A stretch of DNA of 64,000 nt from an uncultured Acidobacteriota bacterium (lineage in GTDB: Bacteria; Acidobacteriota; Terriglobia; UBA7540). Below are positions 1-10,487 of the stretch, piece by piece. The DNA lies in assembly GCA_963804995.1 (NCBI GenBank), contig CAWDSK010000001.1:480001-544000 (forward strand), in the 5' to 3' direction. The position numbers were made by a program, and so were the translations under genes. Under the pieces are notes generated by a model. That model had not been told where the DNA came from and did no database searches. It saw only the letters and a program-made list of their open reading frames with translations. The stretch's first letter is position 1. Each line of letters begins with the position of its first letter.

Positions 1-1030
1 AACGCCAGATGCTGTTGCGGTCACCGCCCGCGGGCAGTTCTTTGAATATGTGCAAATCGGATTCACCCTCCAGCGCGTCCATGAACCATGCCTTGCCCTT
101 GCTCAGTGGACCGGTAATGAGCCCCCGGGGGGTCCAGGAATCCAGGTTGATGCCTTTGCGGTTTTGTAAATTCGGGATGAAATCCGTGGCCGTCACGCGC
201 CAGTGGTCGTCGCCCATACCAGTGCGCAGACTGATGATTCCGCCCGACCCTTTGCCGAATTCCGTCGAATAGCGGCTGCTCGCTACCTCCACGGAGCGCA
301 GAGCATCCACGCTGACGCGCATCAAGAACTGGCCGGTGGTGGGGTCGGAAACATTGAAGCCGTCGATCTGATCGTAGACTTGGCGCGTGCTTGCGCCGGC
401 CACGTGGAGTTGCCCGAAGCCGTCTTGCAACACGCCGGGCAGGAGCGGCAGCGCATAGCGAATGTCGCGCGCTACGGTGAAAGGCAGGTCGACAATCTCT
501 TGGCTCGACAGCGTCTCACTCGCCTGAGTCTTCTCCGGGTCGATGGCGGGCGGTGAGTAAACCACGTTCACTTGCTCAGAGAACTCCCTGACGTGGTTCA
601 ACGTAACTTCCAGGTTAGCCACTTCGCCCACCTGCACTTCTTCCAAGCTGACCGCGAAGAAACCTTGCTTCTCAACCTTGGCCGAGTACTCACCCGGCAG
701 CAGATTGGCGAACAGCGCGCGGCCCGCGTAATCTGTTTCGCCGCGCACCACCTCCAGTCCTTGCTTGGGCGTGAGGGTGATGGCCGCCGCGCGCACCACG
801 GTGCTGTTCTCGTCCAGAACCGTTACCTGTAACTGCACACGATCCTGTGCACTTTGGGGCGGTTCGACTGGTGGCGAAGTTCCCAGCGCGGCCGCCACGG
901 ACAACACCCAGGCCAACAGCACCATAACCTTCGGTTTCACGACCGGGCAGGCGCACAGCGCGGCTTCGGCCTGAGAATCGAGCCTCGGAAGCTCTCTTGA
1001 ACCAGGAATCGCCTGCCCCATGGTTGGCAT
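1..1030 (-). CDS. TonB-dependent receptor with N-terminal carboxypeptidase-regulatory-like domain; 5' part only, runs off the window start
   Basis: Not in the ORF track. Manual translation gives ...VMVLLAWVLSVAAALG...LQVTVLDENSTVVRAAAITL...GRALFANLLPGEYSAKVEKQGF...YALPLLPGV...IDGFNVSDP...YSTEFGKGSGGII. Possible starts are ATG at 1030, 1021 or 925. Confidence 0.85.
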   Translation of the reverse strand, partial: MPTMGQAIPGSRELPRLDSQAEAALCACPVVKPKVMVLLAWVLSVAAALGTSPPVEPPQSAQDRVQLQVTVLDENSTVVRAAAITLTPKQGLEVVRGETDYAGRALFANLLPGEYSAKVEKQGFFAVSLEEVQVGEVANLEVTLNHVREFSEQVNVVYSPPAIDPEKTQASETLSSQEIVDLPFTVARDIRYALPLLPGVLQDGFGQLHVAGASTRQVYDQIDGFNVSDPTTGQFLMRVSVDALRSVEVASSRYSTEFGKGSGGIISLRTGMGDDHWRVTATDFIPNLQNRKGINLDSWTPRGLITGPLSKGKAWFMDALEGESDLHIFKELPAGGDRNSIWR

Positions 1031-1388
1031 TTGTCCCCAAGGAGTCGTTATCGAGCCCGGATGGCTTTTTCCGCCCCATTCACCATGTCGGCTAGTCCAC
1101 AGTCGAGGGATCGAGCGCTTGGCGGGGACTCCGTCGCCGCAAGAAGAAGCAAGTGGTCTCAAGACCCGCAGACCAGCCTTCGCTAGCCGACGCTTGGTTT
1201 TCGACGAGATTAGCAGTTCCCCCGCCCCCTGCCTAGCGAAAAAGTCGGTGGGAAGATAAGCGCCATGTGACTGAGACGCCACGTCTGCGGTGGGTTTGCG
1301 TCATGGTCCCGGGCCAGCTTGACAGCAGTGAGCCGGCGTTCCTATAATCGCTTGTGTCGTGTGCCGGGGATGATTCCGGCGGGGGAGA

Positions 1389-1463
1389 GCGGGAATAACT
1401 CAGTGGTAGAGTGCGACCTTGCCAAGGTCGAAGTCGCGGGTTCGAATCCCGTTTCCCGCTCCA
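1389..1463 (+). tRNA. tRNA-Gly (GCC)
   Basis: GCGGGAA acceptor stem, CTTGCCAAG anticodon loop, GTTCGAATC T-loop, encoded CCA. Confidence 0.97.
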
Positions 1464-1549
1464 AAGATTCGAGTGACCATTGACGAGTAACAAGCGAAGT
1501 GGAACGCGATCGCTTGTCACTCGCTAGCGGTCACTCGTCACTGCTCCTG

Positions 1550-1624
1550 GGCGCGGTACCCAAGTGGTAAGGGAGAGGTCTGCAAAACCTTTATGCGTGG
1601 GTTCGATTCCCACCCGCGCCTCCA
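1550..1624 (+). tRNA. tRNA-Cys (GCA)
   Basis: GGCGCGG/CCGCGCC acceptor stem, CTGCAAA anticodon loop, GTTCGATTC T-loop, encoded CCA. Confidence 0.97.
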
Positions 1625-1640
1625 ACCCTGCAAAGGTCCC

Positions 1641-2394
1641 TTACTTTGCAAAGCGAAGCAACCCGAACGAGGCTGGTGTGTGGAACGTGTGCTTCTGGCT
1701 ATGAACGGGGCTCCAGGAAAGAAAGCGCCGCTCGGAATCGGCGCCGGGGCCGTCGGCTCGATAAAAATTGATCCGCCATGTGCTGCCTGCCGCAAGGGGA
1801 CTGGCCACTCCTAAAGCGGAAACCGGAATCCGCATCTCACAGGTCCAGGAATGCTTCTGCGCGTCAATGCGGGTGATGTGTTCGAAGTGTGAATCCCAGC
1901 CGGCGTCGTTGAAGGGATTTTTATCCAGATCGATCTCCAAATCAATCCAAAGATTGTTCGGCGCCACCTCAAACTCGAAGTAGTGGTTCAAGCGTTCGGG
2001 CTGTGGATTCAAGAAAACCTCCACCACATCGCGGTCCCAGAGTGTCCAGAAATCTTTGGTGGCGTCTTTCCCTTCGAACAGATTCAAAGTTGTGTAGCGG
2101 CATCGGAAGGCGAAGTAGACATGGGTCTGCGTCCAAAGAGAAGCGACCTCAGTTTCAGACTGGGGGTAGACGGCCGGGCTGAAAGCGTCGTGATCGAACT
2201 TCACCCATGAGGCTCGAACGCCACGCATTCTTTTCAAGGTTCCCATCGGGGACAAAGTCCGCTGGAATGAACTTCGAGACTGTCTGAAGATCCGTGTCGT
2301 AGGGGCCAGGATGAGACCCGGAAATCCCCGTCGCCTGCGCCCACAGGCTGCCTGCACATAGAATGATGAGGACAGCAGCACCAGGGAAGGACAT
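1641..2394 (-). CDS. Exported CBM9-like (carbohydrate-binding family 9/DOMON-like) protein with a frameshift near 2217
   Basis: The signal peptide MSFPGAAVLIILCAGSLWAQ and PDGNLEKNAW lie in ORF 2155-2439. The protein continues in ORF 1641-2474 with LWDRDVVEVFLNP, YFEFEVAP, WTCEMRIP, WRINFYR, FHTPASFG. Confidence 0.75.
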
Positions 2395-2548
2395 CCACCA
2401 CCTCCTGTTTGGGCCGGACTTAATCCGGGTGCGATGCACTCTATCACGCCCTGGGGTGCTGTCCTAAATTTCAAGTGTAGCGCCGACTTCCAGCCGGCAT
2501 TGAGCCCCGATGCATCGGGGCGCTACGGCCGACGTGCCACGGCCATCC

Positions 2549-2839
2549 GAAGGTGTGAAAAAATGCACTTTTCACCGCAGATTCCCATGAGCCTTCGGCT
2601 CGCCACTGCACATGAAAATGTGCGAAGCACCTTGGAGTGCGGCGGCTCGAACGCCGCCTTCGTCATCGTCCTCGGCGTAAATTCAAGGCGGCGTCGAGCC
2701 GCCGCACTCCAAGGTGCCTTTGGCACATGCATTTTCATAGCTGAGTCGCTGAGACGCAGAGAAATGACCCTTTGTTTTCAAACCTCTGCGCCTCCGCGTC
2801 TCCGCGGTGAAAGGTTTGATGGGATTTTTTCACAGCTTC
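2549..2839. mobile_element. MITE-like element with GAAGGTGTGAAAAAA/TTTTTTCACAGCTTC terminal inverted repeats and nested palindromes
   Basis: Terminal IRs are visible. It contains a TTGGAGTGCG...CGCACTCCAA REP (2627-2717) and a CGCAGAG...CTCTGCG hairpin. Related copies are at 28118 and 29558. Confidence 0.65.
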
Positions 2840-2873
2840 GGCTGCCCGTGGCACCTCAAAATGAGTCACGACC

Positions 2874-2905
2874 GTCCAGGAAATGAACTGTCCAGGAAAT
2901 GAACT
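2874..2905. repeat. Perfect 16-bp tandem duplication GTCCAGGAAATGAACT x2
   Basis: Read directly upstream of the DeoR/AgaR regulator. Confidence 0.85.
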
Positions 2906-3031
2906 TGTGCTGGCGAGTGTTTTGTGGCACATTATCGGATGCCAGTCGAAAGAAAAGATATGTAAAAGTAAGTTAATGTAATGATTCGGAGGCAGAGGCG
3001 GCAACATTTCAAAAGGCCTCGACTACTCACC

Positions 3032-3793
3032 GTGCTCAATGAAGAAAGGCGCCGTGCGATTCTGGATTTGCTCTCCCAGGAAGGCCGGGTCCTGGTAAGG
3101 GACCTTTCGCCGCGTTTCGAAACCTCCCAAGTCACCATCCGCAAAGACTTGGAGATACTGCACACGCGGGGACTTGTGCACCGAACCCACGGGGGGGCTC
3201 TGCCCGTCTCCTCCGGCGCGCTGCTTGATCCGAGCCTGCGGGAGAAGGAGAAACATCACCGCAAAGAGAAACAACGGATCAGCGAGGCCGCCGCGCGCCT
3301 GGTGAAGGAAGGTGAATCGGTCATCCTCGATTCCGGAACGACTACCACGGCCATTGCGCGAGCCCTGCGCGGGTTCCGAAACCTTACGGTCATCACCAAC
3401 GCGGTGAACATCGCGGCGGAGCTCGCGGGGACGGCTGTCGAGGTGATACTGACCGGTGGAATTCTGCGGGAAAACTCATTTTCACTGGTGGGCCCCCTGG
3501 CGGAAGAAACTTTGCACCGCTTGGCCGCCGACATTTTCTTTTTGGGGACGGACGGTTTTAACGTCAGCTTCGGCTTGACCACTCCCAACCTGCTGGAGTC
3601 CAAAGTGAACCGGGTGATGGTGGAGATTGCCCAGCGCGTGGTAGCGGTCTGCGACTCCAGCAAGTTTGGCCGCCGCAGCCTAAGCTTGATAACGCCAGTC
3701 TCTTCTGTGCACCAGGTCATCACCGATAACCGCATTGCCAAGGGCGATCTCAAAGCGCTCGAAGACGCGGGAATCGAAGTCACGCTTGTCTAG
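3032..3793 (+). CDS. DeoR/GlpR-family transcriptional regulator, AgaR-like
   Basis: EERRRAILDLL...SQVTIRKDL..L...GLVHRTHGGA HTH; LDSGTTT, VITNA and DSSKFGR sensor motifs. Start is GTG 3032 or ATG 2981. Confidence 0.92.
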   Translation: MLNEERRRAILDLLSQEGRVLVRDLSPRFETSQVTIRKDLEILHTRGLVHRTHGGALPVSSGALLDPSLREKEKHHRKEKQRISEAAARLVKEGESVILDSGTTTTAIARALRGFRNLTVITNAVNIAAELAGTAVEVILTGGILRENSFSLVGPLAEETLHRLAADIFFLGTDGFNVSFGLTTPNLLESKVNRVMVEIAQRVVAVCDSSKFGRRSLSLITPVSSVHQVITDNRIAKGDLKALEDAGIEVTLV

Positions 3794-4017
3794 TGTCTTA
3801 AGTCAGGAGTTCGCTGACAAAGTCTCACTGGGTTCAAAGGGGACCCCCTCACCCGTCCCGCCCCGGCTGATGAAAACGCCGGCGGCGGTCCACCCTCTCC
3901 CCCAAGGGGGCGAGGGCAGTAAATTCAAATGAACTCCCCCCTCGCCCCCTTGGGGGAGAGGGGCCGGGGGTGAGGGGGTTTTCCAATAATCAGCGAACTT
4001 CTGGCGCAGGACACTAG
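3790..4017. mobile_element. CTAG-bounded MITE-like element enclosing a CCCTCACCC...GGGTGAGGG REP
   Basis: CTAGTGTC..GTCAGGAGTTCGCTGA / TCAGCGAACTTCTGGC..GACACTAG inverted ends; inner palindrome at 3843-3979. Confidence 0.65.
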
Positions 4018-4066
4018 CAGACTGATGAAAAACAACGTCGTACCGTGAGGGTTTTTCAACAGCCTG
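4018..4066. mobile_element. 49-bp minimal MITE with IS5/IS1182-like ends
   Basis: CAGACTGATGAAAAAC ... GTTTTTCAACAGCCTG inverted ends, flanked by CTAG and CCAG. Confidence 0.5.
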
Positions 4067-4116
4067 CCAGATCGCGGCGTGGGATTGCGAAAGACTGTCA
4101 ATCGAAGGAGACCCAG

Positions 4117-5196
4117 GTGAAGTTACCATTAGCCGGAGCCCACACGCGGAGTGAGATCCTGTCGCAACCTCGCTGCTGGGCGGAATGTTTTGCGGCGCTC
4201 GATTCTCAAGAACAATTACAGCAGGTCGGCAAGCACTGGACACCGCCAGTTGAATGGATCTTCATCGGCTGCGGGTCCAGCTACTACGTGGCGCTGGGGG
4301 CGGCGTCCACCTGGACAGCCTTAACCGGCCAGCCGGCACGGGCCATCCCTGCGTCGGAGTTGCTGCTTTTCCCGCAACTCGTGCTGGGGGACACCCGGCC
4401 GTGCCAGCCCGTCCTGATTTCACGCTCCGGGCACACGTCGGAGGTCTTGAAGGCTGCGGAATTATTGGAAGTGCAGCACAACATCCGGACGCTGGCCATT
4501 AGTTGTACAACCCACCAACCGCTGGAAGAGATTTCAACCCAAACTCTCTACCTTTTGCCGGCCGACGAACAGAGCACCGTAATGACCCGCTCGTTTACGT
4601 CGATGCTGCTGGGGCTCCAGGCTCTGGCCGCTGAGCGAGCGAAGCAGGATGAATTCGCGGCGGGTCTGCGGCGCCTGCCCGCGCAGATGGAACCTCGGAT
4701 GGAAGAGTTAGCGCAGCGCGTCGAGCAATTTGTGGAAGACCACACTTTTGCAGACTACGTCTATCTGGGCCAGGGACCGTTTTACGCTGTCGCCAACGAG
4801 GGCATGCTGAAAGTGAAGGAGATGTCGTGCTCGTACGGCCAGTGCTTCCACACCCTGGAATTTCGCCATGGCCCCAAGGCCATTGTGGGACCGGAGACGC
4901 TGGTCACCTTCCTTCTTTCTGAGACGGGCTCGGAGGCGGAGCGCGAGGTGCTGGAGGAAATCAAGGGCCTGGGCGCAACCACCCTGGTGGTGACAAACCG
5001 CGCTGACCGCGCGGTACGGAGCGCCGCGGATTTCCTGGTTGAACTCCAGCTTGAGGTCCCGGAGTTCGCGCGCCTGGCGGCGTACATCATCACCGGTCAG
5101 TTGCTGGGATTGTACACGGGTCTTAAGAAGGGCTTCGACCCTGACCGGCCGCGCAATCTCTCCCGCGCCGTCATTTTGAACAGTCAGGGCCAGTAA
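4117..5196 (+). CDS. Double-SIS-domain sugar-phosphate isomerase/deaminase (AgaS/GlmS-C-like)
   Basis: EILSQP, FIGCGSSYY, ISRSGHTSE, VMTRSFT, EGMLKVKE, EFRHGP and PDRPRNLSR motifs; no glutaminase domain. Confidence 0.88.
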   Translation: MKLPLAGAHTRSEILSQPRCWAECFAALDSQEQLQQVGKHWTPPVEWIFIGCGSSYYVALGAASTWTALTGQPARAIPASELLLFPQLVLGDTRPCQPVLISRSGHTSEVLKAAELLEVQHNIRTLAISCTTHQPLEEISTQTLYLLPADEQSTVMTRSFTSMLLGLQALAAERAKQDEFAAGLRRLPAQMEPRMEELAQRVEQFVEDHTFADYVYLGQGPFYAVANEGMLKVKEMSCSYGQCFHTLEFRHGPKAIVGPETLVTFLLSETGSEAEREVLEEIKGLGATTLVVTNRADRAVRSAADFLVELQLEVPEFARLAAYIITGQLLGLYTGLKKGFDPDRPRNLSRAVILNSQGQ

Positions 5197-5233
5197 GGCG
5201 CGAGGGAAGGTTAAGCTCGCACCGGGCGGGCCG

Positions 5234-5444
5234 CTAGTGTGGTGTCCGGTGTTAGAGTTGACAATGGGTAGAACCCCCTCACCCGTCTGGCATCGGCTGA
5301 TGAGAACGCCTCGGCCAGCCACCCTCTCCCCCAAAGGGGCGAGGGCAAGAAAATTAACTCTCCCCTCGCCCCTTTGGGGGAGAGGGGCTGGGGGGTGAGG
5401 GGGTCGGACAGCGTTGTCGAATATTAACCGGGACACCACACCAG
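5234..5444. mobile_element. CTAG-bounded MITE-like element enclosing a CCCTCACCC REP
   Basis: CTAGTGTGGTGTCCGG / CCGGGACACCACACCAG inverted ends; the inner REP is similar to 3843-3979. Confidence 0.6.
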
Positions 5445-5491
5445 ATTCCGGGCAATGCCAGTTTCCAAAGGAACGCGCTCAAGGCAAACCC

Positions 5492-6346
5492 ATGATCGAT
5501 TTCCATACACATCCCTTGTTGATTCAGGAGTTCGTTGGGAAGTATCCGAACTACGCTCGCGTGGCACGGGAAGTCTTCCGGATCGGGAATAATTTCCAGC
5601 CGCTGGAGACCTTCTTCCTGCAAATGGATGTGGCCGGCATCGAGCGGGCCGTGCTGCTGCCCATCGCCTGCGAACGGGCGCATCAGGATGCGGTGAGTTC
5701 AAACGAGCAGGTGGCGGAACTCTGCAGGATCAGCCCGCGGTTCATCGGCTTCGCCAGTGTCGACCCACTCGAAGATCGCGCGGCGCAAGCTCTGGAGGAC
5801 GCGGTCAAGAATCTTGGCCTGCGCGGGCTCAAGCTGGACCCGAGTCTCCAGGATTTCGATCCCCGCGACCCCCGCGTTTTCGAAGTTTACGAGGCCGCTG
5901 GCGCGCTCGGCCTCCCCGTAGTTCTCCACACCGGCATGAGTTGGGCGCCCGAAACGCCGCTCGAACGCGGCCATCCTCTCCAGCACGAACCCGCGATCCG
6001 GCGCTTTCCCGGGCTCCGCTTTGTGCTGGCGCATTGGGGTTGGCCCTGGGTTTGGGAAGCGACGGCGCTGGCCCTGAAGTATCCCAACGTTTTCCTGGAT
6101 ACTTCCTGCTTGTACTACGACAGCCCCAACGAATTCTTCCAGTTCGTGTTCAGCCGGCAGATTCCCACCACGCTCCTCGAACGCAGCCTGCGGAACCAAG
6201 TCGTGTTTGGCTCGAATTATCCGCGCGTGGAGATCAAGAATATGGTTCACGCCCTGAAGAGCCTGGCGCTGACGGAAGAGTGCTTGCGGAAAATTCTGCG
6301 CGACAATGCCCTGGGATTGCTAGGTGCGAATGACCATCAAACTTGA
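5492..6346 (+). CDS. Amidohydrolase-family (Amidohydro_2) metal-dependent hydrolase
   Basis: IDFHTH, FIGFASVDP, GLRGLKL, PVVLHTG, VLAHWG, NVFLDTS, VVFGSNYP. Confidence 0.88.
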   Translation: MIDFHTHPLLIQEFVGKYPNYARVAREVFRIGNNFQPLETFFLQMDVAGIERAVLLPIACERAHQDAVSSNEQVAELCRISPRFIGFASVDPLEDRAAQALEDAVKNLGLRGLKLDPSLQDFDPRDPRVFEVYEAAGALGLPVVLHTGMSWAPETPLERGHPLQHEPAIRRFPGLRFVLAHWGWPWVWEATALALKYPNVFLDTSCLYYDSPNEFFQFVFSRQIPTTLLERSLRNQVVFGSNYPRVEIKNMVHALKSLALTEECLRKILRDNALGLLGANDHQT

Positions 6347-6761
6347 ACGCGTGAAAGTCCAAACCCGGAAGAGCGAAGAGGCCATCGACATTACCGCCAA
6401 GGTCGACGAGGTTGTCGAAGCAAGTGGTGTCAAGAATGGCGTCGTCAATGTCATGACCCTGCACACGTCCTCGGGTCTGCTCGTTACCGAGGGAATCCCT
6501 TGCCTCGAGGAAGATATCCTCACGCATTTCTCCCGGCTGTTTCCCGAAGATCAGGACTACCATCACCGGCGTTATCTCAACTACGACGGCCGCCTCGGCT
6601 TCAATGCCGACGCGCATCTAAAGAGTGTCGTGGGCGGAATCCACTGTTTCTTTGCCATCGAGAATGGCAAAGTGGTGCGCGGTTCCCGTCAGACGATTTA
6701 CTTTATGGAGTACGACGGTCCTCTCGAACGAACCTACGTGATCCAAATCCTTGGTGAGTAA
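6330..6761 (+). CDS. yjbQ: YjbQ/UPF0047-family protein
   Basis: IDITAKV...SGVKNG...HTSSGLLVTE...NADAHLKS...Q.IYFMEYDGP; overlaps the amidohydrolase stop. Confidence 0.85.
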   Translation: MTIKLERVKVQTRKSEEAIDITAKVDEVVEASGVKNGVVNVMTLHTSSGLLVTEGIPCLEEDILTHFSRLFPEDQDYHHRRYLNYDGRLGFNADAHLKSVVGGIHCFFAIENGKVVRGSRQTIYFMEYDGPLERTYVIQILGE

Positions 6762-7155
6762 TCCAATTCTTTTTAGCAGGGATTTTGCGGCATTTGTAGC
6801 AGGCCGAGAATAAGAACAATTTGGTTGACGCTCCGCTGCGCTGCTGTCTGACGGCGAGAGTTGGCGTTAGGTCCAGAGGTGGAAAACCTGCACTTGCGGC
6901 TCGAACGCGGGGCCGGGAGGCCGGGCTCACCTTCACCGGCTCCCCTACTCTGCTTATGCAGGCCCACGACATTTTGTCAACGTGGAACTGTCCCAGTTGT
7001 TGCTCTCCGAGGGGCATAGCGGGCGTTGTCCCACTAAATTCCCCAACTACATGCGTTTTTTTCCTATGACATTTCACGTGCGGTTCTGCCGTGCTGCGAA
7101 TCCAGCCGGTAGTGATCGCCCGGATCGAAGCCTTCTTTAAAGCTGACCACTGCTT

Positions 7156-7983
7156 CTACCTTTTCGCACCCTCGTAACAACCCAGCACGCGCAGGAAATT
7201 GGTGACCTCGCCCAAATGTGCCAAGGCCTTCTTGCACCGGTCCTCTTTAATATTCCCAATGAAATCGAGATAGAAGAAGTACTCCCAAGGGCGGCCCCGC
7301 AACGGTCGAGATTCCATTTTGCTCAAGTCGATGTCGCGCAGGGCGAAGACGCTCAGACACTTGTATAGTGCGCCGGGGACGTTGCGGGTGGAGAACACGA
7401 TGGAAACCTTACCAGCGCGGGGCGAGACCCGCGCGGTTTTGGAGAGCAACAGAAAGCGCGTGTAGTTTTCGCGGTGATCCTCGAGGTGCGTGGTCAGAAT
7501 ACGCGCGTGATAGACCTCCGCGGCAATGCGGCTGGCGATGGCGGCCGCTCCACTCGGACGGCGCTCCGTCAGCATCTTGACGGAACCCGCCGTATCGTAA
7601 AACGGGATGCGCTCCACTTGCGGGTTCTTGACGAAGTAGTGGCTGCACTGGGCGAGCGCCACCGGGTGGGAATAGACCTGCCGCACATCCTTGCGCGCCG
7701 TTCCCGGCAGCACAATGAGGTTGTGGACGATGCGCAGGTTCACTTCACCCACAATATGCAGGTGATTCGCGAGGAGCAGGTCGAAGTTCTCGTACACGGA
7801 CCCTGCCAGGGTATTCTCAATCGGCACCAGGCAGAAATTGGCTCGGCCCCGGGTGACACTCTCAAAGGTAGCCGTGAAGGTCTCGCAGGGCAGCACGCGA
7901 ATGCGGCGGCCCAGGAGTTTGTAAGCTGCTTCTTCGCTGAACGAACCTCTCTCGCCTTGGAAGGCGACCAGAGATGTGGCCAT
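7156..7983 (-). CDS. pheA: Prephenate dehydratase
   Basis: VAFQGERGSFSEEAA, VPIENTLAGSV, SHPVALAQC, NYTRF; ACT domain with ESRP..PWEYFFYLD. Confidence 0.95.
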   Translation of the reverse strand: MATSLVAFQGERGSFSEEAAYKLLGRRIRVLPCETFTATFESVTRGRANFCLVPIENTLAGSVYENFDLLLANHLHIVGEVNLRIVHNLIVLPGTARKDVRQVYSHPVALAQCSHYFVKNPQVERIPFYDTAGSVKMLTERRPSGAAAIASRIAAEVYHARILTTHLEDHRENYTRFLLLSKTARVSPRAGKVSIVFSTRNVPGALYKCLSVFALRDIDLSKMESRPLRGRPWEYFFYLDFIGNIKEDRCKKALAHLGEVTNFLRVLGCYEGAKR

Positions 7984-8360
7984 GAGATGGAATCTCCCCT
8001 GTCATGAAGATGAAGAGAGGATGCTATCACGCGCAGGCAAGGCCTACAACCTCCGTCGGCGGCCTCTTCAGTGGATTGTTCCAAAAGGAGTGCGCGAGGA
8101 GTACACTTAGTGCGAGCGCAGGGAGCCGAAAGAGAAGAGTGTTTCAGGCGCCTGCTGAAAAACGGTGCAAAAGGATGTCACCTTGATCCCGCCTGCCGGG
8201 AGAGGAATGTGTGGTTTTGCCTATTCAAGGGCTGCTGAGGTTCTTCTTCAACTGCCGCGGCAACATTTTTGTAATTACAACCGCGGGGAAGTTTCCAGCC
8301 ACCTGTAGGGAGTAATCGAAAAACCCCCATTCGCGCGCCCACACCCAAACGAGGCCTACG

Positions 8361-10449
8361 ATGCGATTGAAGACCGTCCTGGTGATTCTCTTTGCAGTCA
8401 GCGGCGTGTTGGCCCAGGCGCCCCCCTCGCAGAAGCCGCTAACCAAGGAGACCATCCTCCAGCTCTTGAAAAACGATGTCACCAGCGAGCGTCTGGCTGA
8501 CTTCGTGGAACGCTACGGAATCGATTTTGAGCCGGCCGCCGATTTCCTGGAGACTTTGCGCAAAGACGGTGCTGGGGAGGTTCTGATCAACGCCTTGGGC
8601 ACGGCGAAAAGAGTGGGGACAGGTGCGAAGCCGGCGGGCTCACCGGAGATAACCGCGCGCGTGAAGGAACATCTCGATCGGGCGGAGCAGTCGGTGATCA
8701 ACGGCGACCACGAAGGCGCGATTTCCGAAGGCCGCCAGGCCGTGCAGATTGACTCCACAGAACTCCGAGGCCCACGCCACTCTTGCGGTGGGATTCCTGC
8801 TGAAAGGGGACTACGAGAGCGCTCTCAACGAATGCCATGAGGCCGCGCGCCTGGATCCCCAGAACGGTGACGCGCCGGCCAATTGCGCCTGGGCGCTTTA
8901 TCGAAGCGGCAAGCTGGAGGAAGCCTCGCCCGAATTGCGCCGAGCCCTGGAGCTCGCCCCCGCGAGCCCGCACGTGCATTTCGTGGCCGCCCTGGGGGCG
9001 TTGCAGCAAGGCAACGGGGACGACGCCATCGCCGAGTGCCACAAGGCGCTGGAGCTCGACCCCAACAACTTCGGCGCGCACGATGTTCTGGGGACGGCGC
9101 TCAACATCCAGAAGAAGTTTGACGAGGGCGCTGCGGAGGCTCGCGAAGCCATTGCGCCTGGCGCCGCGGAGTTCCGATGCCCATTCCCTGCTGGGTTGGT
9201 CACTGAGGGAGAAGGGAAAGCTGGACGACGCAACCAAGGAGGAGCGCACCGCCCTGGAACTGGATGCCAATAACGCGGTAGCCCACGAAATTCTGGCGGC
9301 AATACTCCTTTTGCAGGGCAAGCCCGACGAGGGCCTGGCCCGAAGCGCGGGAAGCCGTGCGGCTCGATCCCAAAGCTACCTGGGGGTATGAGCGCATGGT
9401 GTGGGCCTTGAACCTTAAAGGCCAGTACGATGAGGCCATCAAAGAGACGCGCAAGGCCATGCAGCTCGATCCGAAAATCACCTGGGGGCACGAGCATCTG
9501 GCGTGGTCGCTGGATTTGAAGGGCCAATACGACCAAGCCATCGCTGAGGCGCGGGAGGCCATCCAGCAAAACCCCAATGATGCGTGGGCGCATGAACGCT
9601 TGGCCTGGGCCCTGAACGCGCAGGGCAAGCCGGCGGAAGGGGAAGCCGGAAGCGCGCAAGGCCGTCCAGCTTGACCCCAAAAATGCTTGGGCCTACAACC
9701 GCCTGGCTTGGGCTCTGAACCTGCAAGACAAGTGGGACGACGCGCTGGTGGAAGCGCGTGAAGCAGTGCGGCTTGACCCCGGCGCTGCCGAAAACCATGG
9801 GATGCTGGCGTGGGCGCTGGCCGGAAAGGCTGACTACGATGGCGACTTGGCGGAATGCCGGGAGGCCTTGCGCTTGAACCCCAACCTGGCCTGGGTCCAC
9901 AACCTTGCTGCCTGGGCACTAATCATGAAGGGCAAGCTCGATGATGCCATCGTGGATGCGCGGCAGGCCATCCGTCTGGAGCCCAACAACGCTGATCTTC
10001 ACCTGCCTTTGGCGCAGGCGCTCGTCCAAAAAGGTGATTTCGAGGGCAGCCTGGCGGAAAGCCGCGAGGCATTACGATTGAGTCCCACGAACGCCACGGC
10101 ACACATTGATGCGGCTTGGGCATTGCTGGGGGAAAGCAAGCCCGATGCCGCGCTGGTGGATCTGAACGAGGTCCTTCGCTCCGACCCGAAAAACTCTGGG
10201 GCCCATTATCATGCGGCCTGGGCCTACATCCAAAAACACCAACCCGACCAGGCGATCATCGAGGCCCGCCTGGCCCTTCAAGGCGACCCCAATCAGCCCT
10301 ATTACCACAACATGATGGGCTGGGCCCTGGAAACGAAGGGCGATCCGCAGGGTGCCCTACAGGAATACCGCGCCGCCTATCTGCTCTCGCCCAATGACGC
10401 GAGCCTGAAGAGCAACTACGAACGCCTGCTCAATCAAACCAAGAAATAA
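8361..10449 (+). CDS. Exported multi-TPR protein, broken by about four single-base frameshifts (near 8748, 9155, 9340, 9648)
   Basis: Signal peptide, then TPR units (EAREAVRLDP..A.AH..LAWAL..KG..D.A) continuing across ORFs 8361-8840, 8749-9273, 8837-9391, 9357-9674 and 9748-10449. Confidence 0.85.
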
Positions 10450-10487
10450 AATGGCTGCCGGATTGGTCTGCAGAGGAAGCAGCGCTG

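Noticed and set aside
1389..1624. tRNAs as integration sites (also tRNA-Leu at 11218-11302)
   Set aside because: No adjacent integrase and no duplicated tRNA 3' end were seen
6773..7150. Riboswitch or ncRNA in the yjbQ-pheA gap
   Set aside because: No recognisable conserved motif by eye; an Rfam scan would be needed
8361..10449. Programmed frameshifting or true pseudogenisation of the TPR gene, and of the genes at 1641, 12521, 41345 and 45239
   Set aside because: Most breaks are repaired by removing one extra base, they lack slippery motifs and there are no in-frame stops. This pattern across unrelated genes points to long-read assembly indels; raw reads would settle it.
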